37,100 nt of DNA from Xuanwuvirus P884B11. Numbering within the stretch: position 1 is the first letter of the stretch; each line of letters starts with the position of its first letter. This document shows, one piece after another, positions 27,072-36,425 of the stretch. The stretch is from sequence record NC_049391.1, one strand, 5' to 3'. The notes beneath the pieces are model-generated. The model searched no databases. It had not been told where the DNA came from and saw nothing but the letters and a program-made list of their open reading frames with translations. A program made the position numbers and the translations under genes.

Positions 27072-28076
27072 TTAATCCCCCGTGGACACTGCGTGGACAC
27101 TTACGCCACCTTTCAGCGGATTAAGGGCCACCGCATCCTGCAGGTAATCCGGTGCAAAATGCGCATATGCCATTGTTTGCTGAATGGTTGCGTGACCAAG
27201 AATCTTCTGAAGCGCAATAATGTTTCCTCCGTTCATCACAAAATGGCTGGCGAACGTATGCCGCAGCACATGTGCAGCCTGGCCTTTTGGTAAATCGGGC
27301 TTAACTCTTTTCAGTGCCAGGCAGAATTCCCGGTACTTCACCTCAAACAAGCCGCCTGTTTCTCTGGTTTTGATCGCCTCACAAACTGCCTGCGAAATTG
27401 GCACTGTTCTCTTCCGGCCATTTTTGGTTTCAAGAAACGTTACACGGTTATGAACTATCTGTTCACCACGAAGCTTACAAGCTTCACTCCAGCGCGCCCC
27501 TGTGCTTAAACACAAAAGCGCAACACGCCAGTAGTCGCCCTCCAGTGTATCGAGCAATAGCGCCACTTCCTTCTGTGACAGGAACGCCATTTCTCGTGGA
27601 GATACATAAAGAATAGAAATTCCCCTTACTGGATGTTCTGCATCCCAAAGACCTATTTTTTTCAGCACGGTAAACATTCCGGATAACCGATTCATGTACC
27701 TGTTAGCAGATGACGGTTTCAATCCTTCAGCTATCTTTTGAGAACGCCACGCGATAATTTTCAGCTTATCAAGATCCACAGCCTGCATATCAGCGCCAAG
27801 CTCATTGATTATGTTGCGCAGTTGTTTTCGGTCTTCTTCCGCCTTACGCCTGTGCTGGCCGTGATACATCCACCACAACTCAAGCAAATCATTTAGCGTT
27901 CGACGATCACGGTAGCCCTGTATATATTCCCGCTTTTCAGCGTTCGCCATGATGTAGCGTTCAGTGGCCACCGCTACCGATTTTTTGTCAAATACCTTAC
28001 GCACGCGCTTTCCCTTGCGTCCGTTCGGCCTGATGTCCAGCAAATAACGACCATCTTCGAGCTTCTTAATCGACAT
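27072..28076 (-). CDS. int: Tyrosine integrase, P2 Int family
   Basis: Start at MSIKKLEDGRY (P2 Int begins MAIKKLDDGRY); C-terminal ARWSEA...HVLRHTFASH...LGHATIQQTMAYAH catalytic motifs (R, H-x-x-R, Y). Confidence 0.9.
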   Translation of the reverse strand: MSIKKLEDGRYLLDIRPNGRKGKRVRKVFDKKSVAVATERYIMANAEKREYIQGYRDRRTLNDLLELWWMYHGQHRRKAEEDRKQLRNIINELGADMQAVDLDKLKIIAWRSQKIAEGLKPSSANRYMNRLSGMFTVLKKIGLWDAEHPVRGISILYVSPREMAFLSQKEVALLLDTLEGDYWRVALLCLSTGARWSEACKLRGEQIVHNRVTFLETKNGRKRTVPISQAVCEAIKTRETGGLFEVKYREFCLALKRVKPDLPKGQAAHVLRHTFASHFVMNGGNIIALQKILGHATIQQTMAYAHFAPDYLQDAVALNPLKGGVSVHAVSTGD

Positions 28077-28172
28077 TACGAAGCCCTCCAATGAACCGCT
28101 CTACAATTTCTCCAGCCTCTTTCCAGCAATAATCAGACCAGACAAAAAGCAGGTCTAACCAGTTTTCTGGCC

Positions 28173-28493
28173 TCAGCGGGATAATTTTTGGATTGTTTCG
28201 GTTGAAACGCGATCTCCCTCCGAATTGCAGGAACCATCAAGAGAGAGAGCCGGAGAAATTTGCCCGACCTCCGGCATCGTTTCATCTGTTGATAACCAAT
28301 AAGCATACTTCTTAAATTTAGGGTGTTTCGTAACCTTAAGTAAGGCACCCTCTGTTACTTGCTTCCCCCTCACCTCATAGTTAGTTACCGTCCCATAAGG
28401 CAGCCCAACACAATCCGCAAACTCCTGGCGGGTCATACCTTCTGCTTCACGAATCAGGCGAAATTTTTCACCCATGCTTGACAAAGATGCCAT
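28173..28493 (-). CDS. C: Immunity repressor, P2 C-like
   Basis: HTH (MTRQEFADCVGLPYGTVTNYE) and QISPAL region resemble P2 C; start among several in-frame Met codons (28493 chosen; track gives 28547). Confidence 0.75.
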   Translation of the reverse strand: MASLSSMGEKFRLIREAEGMTRQEFADCVGLPYGTVTNYEVRGKQVTEGALLKVTKHPKFKKYAYWLSTDETMPEVGQISPALSLDGSCNSEGDRVSTETIQKLSR

Positions 28494-28533
28494 ATCGGGC
28501 ATATCCTCCATCGCAACATGCCACATCGGGCAC
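28493..28533. promoter_or_regulatory. Candidate operator direct repeats in the C/cox switch region
   Basis: ATATCGGGCAT and ACATCGGGCAC, direct repeats about 30 bp apart between the divergent C and cox genes; P2 C is known to bind direct repeats. Confidence 0.4.
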
Positions 28534-28606
28534 AAACATAAAAACACTCAAATAAGCCGATATAAGCCATTTTGAGCCATTCGAACGAATTAGGGAGATT
28601 ACCACA

Positions 28607-28894
28607 ATGAGCGAATCAGAGCTTGGGGGGTTCATTCAGGTAGCACCATATCCACTTGAAGCGGTGCCATATCAACTATTCGCCAAGATGATCGGCCGCA
28701 AGGAATCCACAGTCAGAACCATGATTGACGCAGCAAAGCTACCGACAATTGACTTTGTGAAACCAGGTTCAGTAAAGACGCGTGCATCAGAAAACTGGGT
28801 ATATCTGCCAGCATTTAACGAAGGCATGCGCAAAGCGTTTTTTGAGCAACCGAAAGAACGCCGCGACGCATGGTTGTTGTGGCTGGGACTTTAG
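28607..28894 (+). CDS. cox: Cox-like excisionase / lytic-switch regulator
   Basis: 95 aa; PYQLFAKMIG...WVYLPA...WLLWLGL resembles P2 Cox (PYQEFAKLIG...WVYLPA...WLMWLGL); GGGAG RBS. Confidence 0.8.
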   Translation: MSESELGGFIQVAPYPLEAVPYQLFAKMIGRKESTVRTMIDAAKLPTIDFVKPGSVKTRASENWVYLPAFNEGMRKAFFEQPKERRDAWLLWLGL

Positions 28895-28900
28895 TCATAA

Positions 28901-29107
28901 ATGACCAGCCATATCATCAGCGCCATTCTGACCCTTGTTTTTATTGAGATAGGCGTAATAGAGATCTATTTGTTTCGCAAGTTAACGGGACATGAAGAAC
29001 GCTTTATTGAACTCAGCATTGAATATATCGCCGCTTATACCAAAGGACTTTTCCCGGCAGCTATTGGGGCGATGTTTATAGCGTTTGTTATCTGGTTTAT
29101 CGGGTGA
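28901..29107 (+). CDS. Small hydrophobic membrane protein (hypothetical)
   Basis: 68 aa with two hydrophobic segments; first gene after cox. Confidence 0.45.
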   Translation: MTSHIISAILTLVFIEIGVIEIYLFRKLTGHEERFIELSIEYIAAYTKGLFPAAIGAMFIAFVIWFIG

Positions 29108-29359
29108 GAAACCTGACAACCCACAACTACTGCAATGAGGGTAATTATGTGTGGCATGGACAAATTGGACCTTATGTTAATTGTAATACTATCAATTAAC
29201 TTCGGTTACCTCTTAAGCGGCGCAATTCTCATGTGCGGAGGCAAACGAAAATGAACCAGCAGTCCGCAAAACGTGAAAACAATGCGATGCGATTTAATCG
29301 CAAATATTTTGAGTTCGGCCTCTATGCCGGAATAATTAAATCTGTACAGAGTCTTTAAC

Positions 29360-29701
29360 ATGAAACAGCAACGTAATTCACGCTTTCGCAATGGTGCAGA
29401 ACGCCACGCTAACCGTTTTGCTACCAGTGCATCACGCAGCAACATCCGCTACAGCCTGAGTGATACACACGCAACGCCGGATGGCTACCCAGTAAAACAA
29501 ATCGGCGAGCATGCCTGGCTGATTGAGAAAGCTGGAATCGTGATCCACAAATGCCCACGCAATCCGTTTACCGGAAACCGCATTTTTGCTCTAAGCAGTG
29601 GCGACAATCAGTTCGGGCAGGATTTCACATTATACGAAGCACTTCGCACGGTTGATCGTCTGCTTCGCGGGCAAAGTTTTATTAAACAGGCTGATTTATA
29701 A
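29360..29701 (+). CDS. Hypothetical early protein
   Basis: 113-aa ORF in the early operon; no recognisable motif. Confidence 0.45.
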   Translation: MKQQRNSRFRNGAERHANRFATSASRSNIRYSLSDTHATPDGYPVKQIGEHAWLIEKAGIVIHKCPRNPFTGNRIFALSSGDNQFGQDFTLYEALRTVDRLLRGQSFIKQADL

Positions 29702-29711
29702 CAGGTGCTTT

Positions 29712-29999
29712 ATGACCAAAGACCATGCACAAGGTGTATTTATCCGTTTTATTGATTTTCGCGGTGAACTGTTATTACGTGCATCCGCTATTGACGGAGT
29801 AACTCCGGCGGGTAAAAACGGAGCCGACGAAGCCACTTACGTTTATCTGAACGGCACGCGACTGCTTGTGGAACTTCCGTACCAGACCGTACGAGAAATC
29901 ATTAGCGAAGCTGAAAAGGCACGCCAGGTTAATGGCGATGAACCCTATATCGAAATTATTTGTATGGATTCAGAAGCTGAAATACAGAAAGCAGATTAA
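29712..29999 (+). CDS. Hypothetical early protein
   Basis: About 95 aa from MTKDHAQG; the track ORF (29598) extends upstream and overlaps the previous gene. Confidence 0.45.
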   Translation: MTKDHAQGVFIRFIDFRGELLLRASAIDGVTPAGKNGADEATYVYLNGTRLLVELPYQTVREIISEAEKARQVNGDEPYIEIICMDSEAEIQKAD

Positions 30000-30007
30000 G
30001 GGGCGTT

Positions 30008-30253
30008 GTGATGGGCAAAGAATATAAAACTCTCATTAACAAAGCACTTGAGCGTTTTTATTTTCGCTTAAGTGCATCAGGCGCTCATGCTGAACGTGCG
30101 GCCCGTGACTCATTGACCAGAGCAATCCGAAGTCTGTATGACGTGGCTTTTTACGCTGATGATCTGGATGCACTTAACGAACTTTCCGAGCTGATCTGTG
30201 CCGCAGAGTGCGGGGAACATATTGAACCGTATAAGCTGGGGAATATCGCATGA
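30008..30253 (+). CDS. Hypothetical early protein
   Basis: 81-aa ORF, same strand and tight spacing. Confidence 0.45.
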   Translation: MMGKEYKTLINKALERFYFRLSASGAHAERAARDSLTRAIRSLYDVAFYADDLDALNELSELICAAECGEHIEPYKLGNIA

Positions 30254-30363
30254 GTATATTTATCTCATGGCTTGTTCTGATTATTTCGGTGGCCTGCGCT
30301 ATTGGGATTATGCGAATTATTCATTCAATAAAAAAGATTGAACGCTTTTTCACTGGCGAATAA
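30250..30363 (+). CDS. Small hydrophobic peptide (hypothetical), start overlaps upstream stop (ATGA)
   Basis: 37-aa ORF MSIFISWLVLIISVACAIGIMRIIHSIKK... read by eye; below the track cut-off. Confidence 0.3.
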   Translation: MSIFISWLVLIISVACAIGIMRIIHSIKKIERFFTGE

Positions 30364-30448
30364 CAGAGCAAATAAAACCACAGATTAAATAAGAAAATGT
30401 AAAACAATCCGCATTCGCGGAGGTATTCGCACACGCCAAGGAGGCGTA

Positions 30449-30652
30449 ATGGCAATTAAGCATTTTCCTGTCGTTCGTTTTACCTCCAGAGGGCGTGAAT
30501 ACGAAGTCGACGAACGCCTGATTACCACAATCGACAAACACCGTTCAGAAAAGGATGCACATCACATCTATCTCACTGACGGCACTTACTTCTGCGCCAC
30601 GAATGTGGTGCGGGTGAACCTTATCCGACAGGTACAGGAGTCACGCAGATGA
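30449..30652 (+). CDS. Hypothetical early protein
   Basis: 67-aa ORF with AAGGAGG RBS. Confidence 0.5.
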   Translation: MAIKHFPVVRFTSRGREYEVDERLITTIDKHRSEKDAHHIYLTDGTYFCATNVVRVNLIRQVQESRR

Positions 30653-30894
30653 CCATTCTGGACTATATCGCCGCCAATCCGGGGTGTAGTGGTGGAGAAA
30701 TCGCCGCAGCACTGAATACCCCAACCACAGCCATTAATGCGGAGTTACGCCGACTCTGGCGCAGCGGTTCAGTCATAAGAAAAGAGCGCAAAACAGGCGG
30801 TCGCTTTTCTTACCAGATAAACCCGATGCCGTTCGGGTGCGGCAATCCACTTACCAACATGTTTAACCAGCTACTAAAGGAAGCCAGAGCATGA
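30649..30894 (+). CDS. Putative small winged-helix DNA-binding protein (hypothetical)
   Basis: 81 aa; overlapping start/stop with neighbours; basic helix-rich sequence. Confidence 0.4.
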   Translation: MTILDYIAANPGCSGGEIAAALNTPTTAINAELRRLWRSGSVIRKERKTGGRFSYQINPMPFGCGNPLTNMFNQLLKEARA

Positions 30895-31190
30895 GCGCCA
30901 TCAACCACCAGGAATTACGCGAACTGGCGACTGACCTGCAACGAATGGCAACGCCTCAAAAATTACTGGCGTTTCGCGCAATGCTCTCGCCGTCTGCTGT
31001 GCTGGCGCTGCTGGATGAGCTGGAGCACGCCAGAACCACACCTCTCGCCATTCGCCTGACGCTCCGTCATGAAATCGAGGATTTCTGCGCGACGTTGGAG
31101 GCGCCAGGCGAACCGGAAACGCCGGAAGCAATACAGCAAGAGCTGCTGCAACGCATTGACAAGGTTTTTGATTTTTTTCTGAACCACTAA
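30891..31190 (+). CDS. Hypothetical early protein
   Basis: 99-aa ORF, overlapping start with the previous gene. Confidence 0.45.
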   Translation: MSAINHQELRELATDLQRMATPQKLLAFRAMLSPSAVLALLDELEHARTTPLAIRLTLRHEIEDFCATLEAPGEPETPEAIQQELLQRIDKVFDFFLNH

Positions 31191-31512
31191 GAAACCAGAA
31201 CATGCACACACAAAAAAACCGCTTGCCATGCCGCAATCAGTCAGGTTACATTTCCGCTGCACCTCACAAAACGGGTGCCGGGTTTCGCAGCCTGCTGACT
31301 ACACAAGCGCACAACCGCGCCAGCGGTTTTTTTGTGCGTACTGTATTGCCACGTTTTTTTCGCGTCAGAATTATGGCGGGGCGTACGGGGCCGACTTCGG
31401 TCGGGCCGGGTTCTTGTGTAGCCGGTACTGCGAACCTCGTACGTCTCGCCACCCACAGTTTCGCAGCTCTGGATGGTGAGTTTTCACAACTTACTACACA
31501 AGGGGCCACACC

Positions 31513-31743
31513 ATGGCAAACCGCAAACCACACCGCGCTATCGCGGAGCGTCGTCACATCCAGACTGAAATCAACCGCAGACTTTCCCGCGCATCACGCG
31601 TCGCGCAAATCATGCACATCAATATGCTGCATGAGCGCAGCCACGCACTATCAAACATTTATTCCGCCTCTGTTTTCAGCTATCTGGCGGATGATCTGCA
31701 CGAGCTTCAACAGCTCATCCAGCAGCAAAACAAACTCCATTAA
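31513..31743 (+). CDS. Hypothetical early protein
   Basis: 76-aa ORF after a 320-bp non-coding gap; the track's 31202-31819 ORF in another frame looks spurious. Confidence 0.4.
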   Translation: MANRKPHRAIAERRHIQTEINRRLSRASRVAQIMHINMLHERSHALSNIYSASVFSYLADDLHELQQLIQQQNKLH

Positions 31744-31815
31744 CTCCTGTTCCGGGCCTTTCCTGCACCTTGCGGCGGGAGGCCTTCGCACATCTGTAAC
31801 AAGAGGATTGCCGCA

Positions 31816-32181
31816 ATGATTCTCGCCAACGACTTTCTTGAATACCTGCTCAACACAGAACGTGATCTTGCCGCTCGCGTGCGTGATCGTTATGACATGT
31901 ACCTGAAATCCCTGCCTGTACCGCAGCTCGCTGACGGAAAGATTGTTATTGATGGTCGCTACATGATTGACAGCCACGAGGGAAATTACAGGCTTTACCG
32001 CATTGAAGGTGGCACCCCGTCCGTTATTGGCATTTACCAGCGCCCATCCTCTGCAATCGTCGATGTGATTGCCGACAGCATCCGCATCACACATCGCCAT
32101 GCCGACACAGAAGACACCGTGCTGGAAATTCAGCGGCTGGCTACAGTCTGCCGCGACACCCTGAATGGCATGACGAAGTAA
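31816..32181 (+). CDS. Hypothetical early protein
   Basis: 121-aa ORF immediately upstream of A. Confidence 0.45.
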   Translation: MILANDFLEYLLNTERDLAARVRDRYDMYLKSLPVPQLADGKIVIDGRYMIDSHEGNYRLYRIEGGTPSVIGIYQRPSSAIVDVIADSIRITHRHADTEDTVLEIQRLATVCRDTLNGMTK

Positions 32182-32187
32182 ATCACT

Positions 32188-35010
32188 ATGACGGCAGAGT
32201 ACATCAGGGACTGGCAACAACCGCGCCACGCAGTGGGGCGTGAAGGAACGGGGATCCCCGCTCCTGAATCCGCGCTTTCCTCCTGGCTGGATGCCTACCG
32301 GGTAGAGAACGAGCGCCGCCAGGAAATGGCTGATGCGGCGTTCTCCGCAACGCCGCTGGGCAACCTGATTAATAAAAGCCTGGACGCACAGGAAAAACAG
32401 GACAAAACCATCACACTGGCAGGAGATGCCAGAAAACAGGCACGCGGCGCGGTGGATGAAGCCATGGCCTCGCTGCGCCTGCTGCCGTCCTATCTGCGCG
32501 ATCCGCTTATTCGCCACCTCTCCTTCCTGCGCAAAAAACAGGAAGCCGATCGTCAGAAAGGCAAAAAGAGCTGGCAGGCTGAACGCTACGCGCGCGGAAA
32601 CCTGCGCAAAATATTCGAACGTCTGGAGCGCACCGATCACCGCTGGCTGACACAGGGTTATCGCTCCCTTGCCGGACGCGAACGCCTGGACGATTTGCTT
32701 TACCTGCCGCAGCTCAACAAACACCAGATACAGACACTGGCCACCATGACGGCGGCGATGTTCAGCAGCACCTTCGAAAAACTCTGCGATGGCTTTGGCG
32801 CGACCGATGGCGAACTGACCATGGATGTAACGCTGAAGGCGTATCAGATGCTGGCCCGCATGGCGTTACACCTGCACGCCATACCTCCACATTATGACGC
32901 ACTGACAACAGACAAAGACCGGAGGAACGAACCGGACACGGAGCTGCTGCCGGGCGCAATCCTTCGCCTGACCTGTGCAGAATGGTGGAAACGCAAACTG
33001 TGGCTGTTACGTTGCGAGTGGAGAGAAGAACAACTCCGCGCCGCCTGTCTGGTTTCCAGAAAAACATCGCCCTATCTGAGCCAGGACGCGTTAAGCGAGT
33101 TTCGCGCACAGCGCGAGAAAACACGCGATTTCCTGAAAAGTTTCATGCTGGAAAATGAAGACGGGTTCACGATTGATCTCGAGACAGTGTATTACGCGGG
33201 AGTAAGTAACCCGGTTCACCGTAAGGCAGAAATGATGGCCACCATGAAGGGGCTGGAACTTCTGGCCGAAGCCCGTGGTGACAAAGCGGTGTTTCTGACT
33301 GTCACCTGCCCGTCAAAATACCACGCAACAACGGAGAACGGTCATCCGAACCCCAAATGGAACGGGGCCACCATGCGCGACTCCAGCGATTACCTGGTTA
33401 ACACGTTTTTTGCGGCGGTCCGCAAAAAACTGAACCGCGACGGCCTGCGCTGGTATGGCATCCGCACGGTGGAGCCTCACCATGACGGCACCGTGCACTG
33501 GCATATGATGGTCTTTGCTCATCCGGAAGAAATCGACAGCATCGTGGCCATCACCCGCGATATTGCCATTCAGGAAGATCGTCACGAACTGGGCGATGAT
33601 ATTACTCCGCGCTTTAAGGCGGAGTATGTCGACGGCTCAAAAGGCACACCAACCAGCTATATCGCGACCTACATCGGAAAAAACCTGGACAGCCGCGCCG
33701 TAGATGGCATCGACCCGAAAACGGGCAAGCCACGCGTTGACCACGAAACCGGAAAATCAATGGCCGAGAGCGTGGAGCGCGCCATTGGCTGGGCGCGTCT
33801 TCATCGGGTCCGCCAGTTCCAGTTCTTTGGCATCCCCTCCCGTCAGGTATGGCGTGAACTCCGCCGCCTTGCCAGCCAGATGGCACGCAACCCGGAAGGC
33901 CCGCAACGGCTGAAGGATGATGCAATGGATGCGGTACTCGCTGCCGCTGATGCCGGGTGTTTTGCCTCCTACATTGAAAAACAGGGCGGCGTACTTGTTC
34001 CACGTAAAGACTACCTGATTCGCACCGCCTACGACCTCGCAGATGAGCTGAACGATTACGGCGAGCAGAGTGTACAGATTTACGGGATCTGGTCGCCGCT
34101 CATCGGGGAGTCTTCCCGCGTGTGTACGCACCCGGATAACTGGAAGCTGGTAAGACGTAAACCGGAAGCGGAAGACAGCGCCCGCGAAAATGGTTTTGAC
34201 CTTCAGGGCGGCCCTACCGCCCCTTGGACTCGTGGCAATAACTGTCCCCGTGTACAGGAAACGGACAACAACGGGACAGAACAGCCGGAAGAACGGCCAG
34301 CACCGTGGCCGCAGCTTCCTGACGGCGTTGACGTGAATGAATGGATGCGCTCACTGAAACGGCACGAACGCCGGGCGCTGATGCGTTCGCTGCGTGACAA
34401 ACAGGCAAAAAACAGCAGTGATGAAATGCAGAACTGGACACAGAGCCGCAAACAGCCACGGCCTTTGCCTGATAACCACGAGTTACTCGCTAAAGAATGG
34501 CGGGAGTCTGCTGAATCTCTCGGCCTGCATATCGGTGAACAGCAGATGCAGCACCTGTTACGGGGCGGCAGTCTGTACGTTGACGGCAGCATCATTGCAC
34601 CGCAGGGATTTGAAATTGTACGCAAACCAGATACCCGCCCGGACAGCCGAATCACGCAACTCTGGCAGCGCCTGAGCCGTAATCACGGCGTAAGCAGCAC
34701 GGAGATCCGCCATAACCCGGTCGCCAGCTATCTGGAACAGCTGGGGGCATCAGACCCCGAAGCCGCCGCACACCTGGCATCCACACTTCAGCAGGACCAG
34801 AACACCATGAAAACCCCCGTTACCGTGCTTTCTGACATGCTGCGCGCCATCCGTGACGCAGAGCACGCACAGAGAATCAGTGAAACCACTGAACGCGCCC
34901 ACCGCAAAGCAGACCTGCTGCGGGGTAGCCTGACCAGTGGAAACAAAAAACAGACAGAAACGGGACTCACAAATCCCGTAAATGAGCAAAAAACGTGCCG
35001 CGATATATGA
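32188..35010 (+). CDS. A: Replication initiation protein A (rolling-circle, HUH endonuclease), P2 gpA-like with long C-terminal extension
   Basis: 940 aa; HUH-type TVHWHMMVF motif; position after the early ORFs as in P2. Confidence 0.85.
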   Translation: MTAEYIRDWQQPRHAVGREGTGIPAPESALSSWLDAYRVENERRQEMADAAFSATPLGNLINKSLDAQEKQDKTITLAGDARKQARGAVDEAMASLRLLPSYLRDPLIRHLSFLRKKQEADRQKGKKSWQAERYARGNLRKIFERLERTDHRWLTQGYRSLAGRERLDDLLYLPQLNKHQIQTLATMTAAMFSSTFEKLCDGFGATDGELTMDVTLKAYQMLARMALHLHAIPPHYDALTTDKDRRNEPDTELLPGAILRLTCAEWWKRKLWLLRCEWREEQLRAACLVSRKTSPYLSQDALSEFRAQREKTRDFLKSFMLENEDGFTIDLETVYYAGVSNPVHRKAEMMATMKGLELLAEARGDKAVFLTVTCPSKYHATTENGHPNPKWNGATMRDSSDYLVNTFFAAVRKKLNRDGLRWYGIRTVEPHHDGTVHWHMMVFAHPEEIDSIVAITRDIAIQEDRHELGDDITPRFKAEYVDGSKGTPTSYIATYIGKNLDSRAVDGIDPKTGKPRVDHETGKSMAESVERAIGWARLHRVRQFQFFGIPSRQVWRELRRLASQMARNPEGPQRLKDDAMDAVLAAADAGCFASYIEKQGGVLVPRKDYLIRTAYDLADELNDYGEQSVQIYGIWSPLIGESSRVCTHPDNWKLVRRKPEAEDSARENGFDLQGGPTAPWTRGNNCPRVQETDNNGTEQPEERPAPWPQLPDGVDVNEWMRSLKRHERRALMRSLRDKQAKNSSDEMQNWTQSRKQPRPLPDNHELLAKEWRESAESLGLHIGEQQMQHLLRGGSLYVDGSIIAPQGFEIVRKPDTRPDSRITQLWQRLSRNHGVSSTEIRHNPVASYLEQLGASDPEAAAHLASTLQQDQNTMKTPVTVLSDMLRAIRDAEHAQRISETTERAHRKADLLRGSLTSGNKKQTETGLTNPVNEQKTCRDI

Positions 35011-35086
35011 AGCGCGCACAAAACAGGCAAAAGCGGGATTTAAAAATCCTGTAACCGATTAATTAATCAACATAAGGAAAAGCGAC

Positions 35087-36046
35087 ATGAAAATTTGTAT
35101 CGACGACGGCTCCACCAACATCAAGCTGGCATGGACTGAGAACGGCGAACGCCGCAACGCCATCAGCCCGAACAGCTTCAAGTCGGAATGGTCTGCGCCG
35201 TTCGGTGGCACGCAGCCCGCGAACTACATGCTTGATGGCGTGCGCTATGGTTTTGATCCGGTCAGCGATCGCTTTGTCCAGACGACCGACACGCAATACC
35301 AGTACAGCGATGTGAATATAATTGCCATTCATCACGCGCTGGTCAAATCAGGCATCACACCACAGGAAGTGGATGTGGTTGTCACCCTGCCACTAAGCGA
35401 GTATTTCGATACAAACGCACAGCCGGACATGGCCAACATCAACCGCAAAAAAGCGAACGTCATGCGCCCGGTGGAGTACCAGAACGGCGAAGCATTCACT
35501 ATCCGTAACGTACGGGTTATGCCTGAATCCATTCCGGCTGGCTTTAAGGCACTGGCTGACATGAGTCCGTTTGAATCCCTGCTGATTGTGGATTTGGGCG
35601 GAACCACGCTGGATGTGGCAAAGGTTCAGGGGCAACTGGCAGGTATCAGCCAGGTGTTTTGCGATCCACACGTGGGCGTTTCTCTGATGGCCGATGCCGT
35701 ACTGTCGGTGATGGCCACTAACGGTATGCGCACCAGTCACCACATCGCCAATACCATTATCGAACATCGCCATGATGAAGCCTGGCTGCGCCAGCACATC
35801 CACAATGACGCGCATTACGCCAGCCTGATGGCGGTAATTCGTGAAAAGGAAGAAACACTGAAACAACGCGTGATCCGCGCGCTGGCGGGTTTTTCGGGTT
35901 ACGGGCGGGTGATGGTTGTCGGTGGAGGGGCGGAGATTGTGGCACCCGCTATCCGCGAAGCCTGCGGAGTTAATGCGACTTTCATCGCGGACGGGGTGCC
36001 ACAGTTTGCTCTGGTTAATGGGCTGTACGCAATGGACAAGGAGTAA
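35087..36046 (+). CDS. parM: Actin-like segregation ATPase ParM (StbA) family
   Basis: 319 aa; N-terminus DDGSTNIKLAW, ISPNSFK, YSDVNIIAIHHAL, VMPESIPAG, LIVDLGGTTLD, VVGGGAE track plasmid R1 ParM almost motif for motif as I recall it. Confidence 0.85.
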   Translation: MKICIDDGSTNIKLAWTENGERRNAISPNSFKSEWSAPFGGTQPANYMLDGVRYGFDPVSDRFVQTTDTQYQYSDVNIIAIHHALVKSGITPQEVDVVVTLPLSEYFDTNAQPDMANINRKKANVMRPVEYQNGEAFTIRNVRVMPESIPAGFKALADMSPFESLLIVDLGGTTLDVAKVQGQLAGISQVFCDPHVGVSLMADAVLSVMATNGMRTSHHIANTIIEHRHDEAWLRQHIHNDAHYASLMAVIREKEETLKQRVIRALAGFSGYGRVMVVGGGAEIVAPAIREACGVNATFIADGVPQFALVNGLYAMDKE

Positions 36047-36050
36047 ACCA

Positions 36051-36362
36051 ATGACGACTCCAACCAGACGGATAAGTTTCTATCTGAAGCCCACCGCCGT
36101 CAAGAACGAAGGAGAAGCATGCGCCTGGCTGGACAGCCTTACACCAGAAGCCCGCAAAAGCGGCCAACGCGTGGCTTTTCTGGCCGGGCTGGCACTTCTG
36201 AAAATGAATCCGGCAGAGGCTTATCGACTGGCTGCATGGGCTGGTGATGAAGCGTTATCAGTGACACAAACCAGGACAGAACGCCCCGCATCACAGCCAG
36301 TATCAACCGCACAGATAACCAGTCAGATGGCCGGAAATATCCGGGCGTTATTTCCTGAATAA
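36051..36362 (+). CDS. parR: ParR (StbB) centromere-binding adaptor
   Basis: About 103 aa from MTTPTRR; RRISFYLKP...LDSL...AFLAGLALLKMNP mirrors R1 ParR (RTIAFKLNP...LDSI...ALTAGLALYRQDP); start 5 nt after the parM stop with AAGGAG RBS. Confidence 0.75.
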   Translation: MTTPTRRISFYLKPTAVKNEGEACAWLDSLTPEARKSGQRVAFLAGLALLKMNPAEAYRLAAWAGDEALSVTQTRTERPASQPVSTAQITSQMAGNIRALFPE

Positions 36363-36425
36363 CACAACATCAGGGCGAGTTCGCCCTGCTCTCCACCTCA
36401 GAACATAAACAAGGAGAACGACTTA

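Noticed and set aside
31202-31819. 205-aa plus-strand ORF spanning the structured gap
   Set aside because: Low-complexity translation, overlaps two better-supported ORFs in other frames; the region is more likely non-coding.
31651-32724. 357-aa minus-strand ORF
   Set aside because: Overlaps the start of replication gene A and the preceding early ORF on the opposite strand; no independent support.
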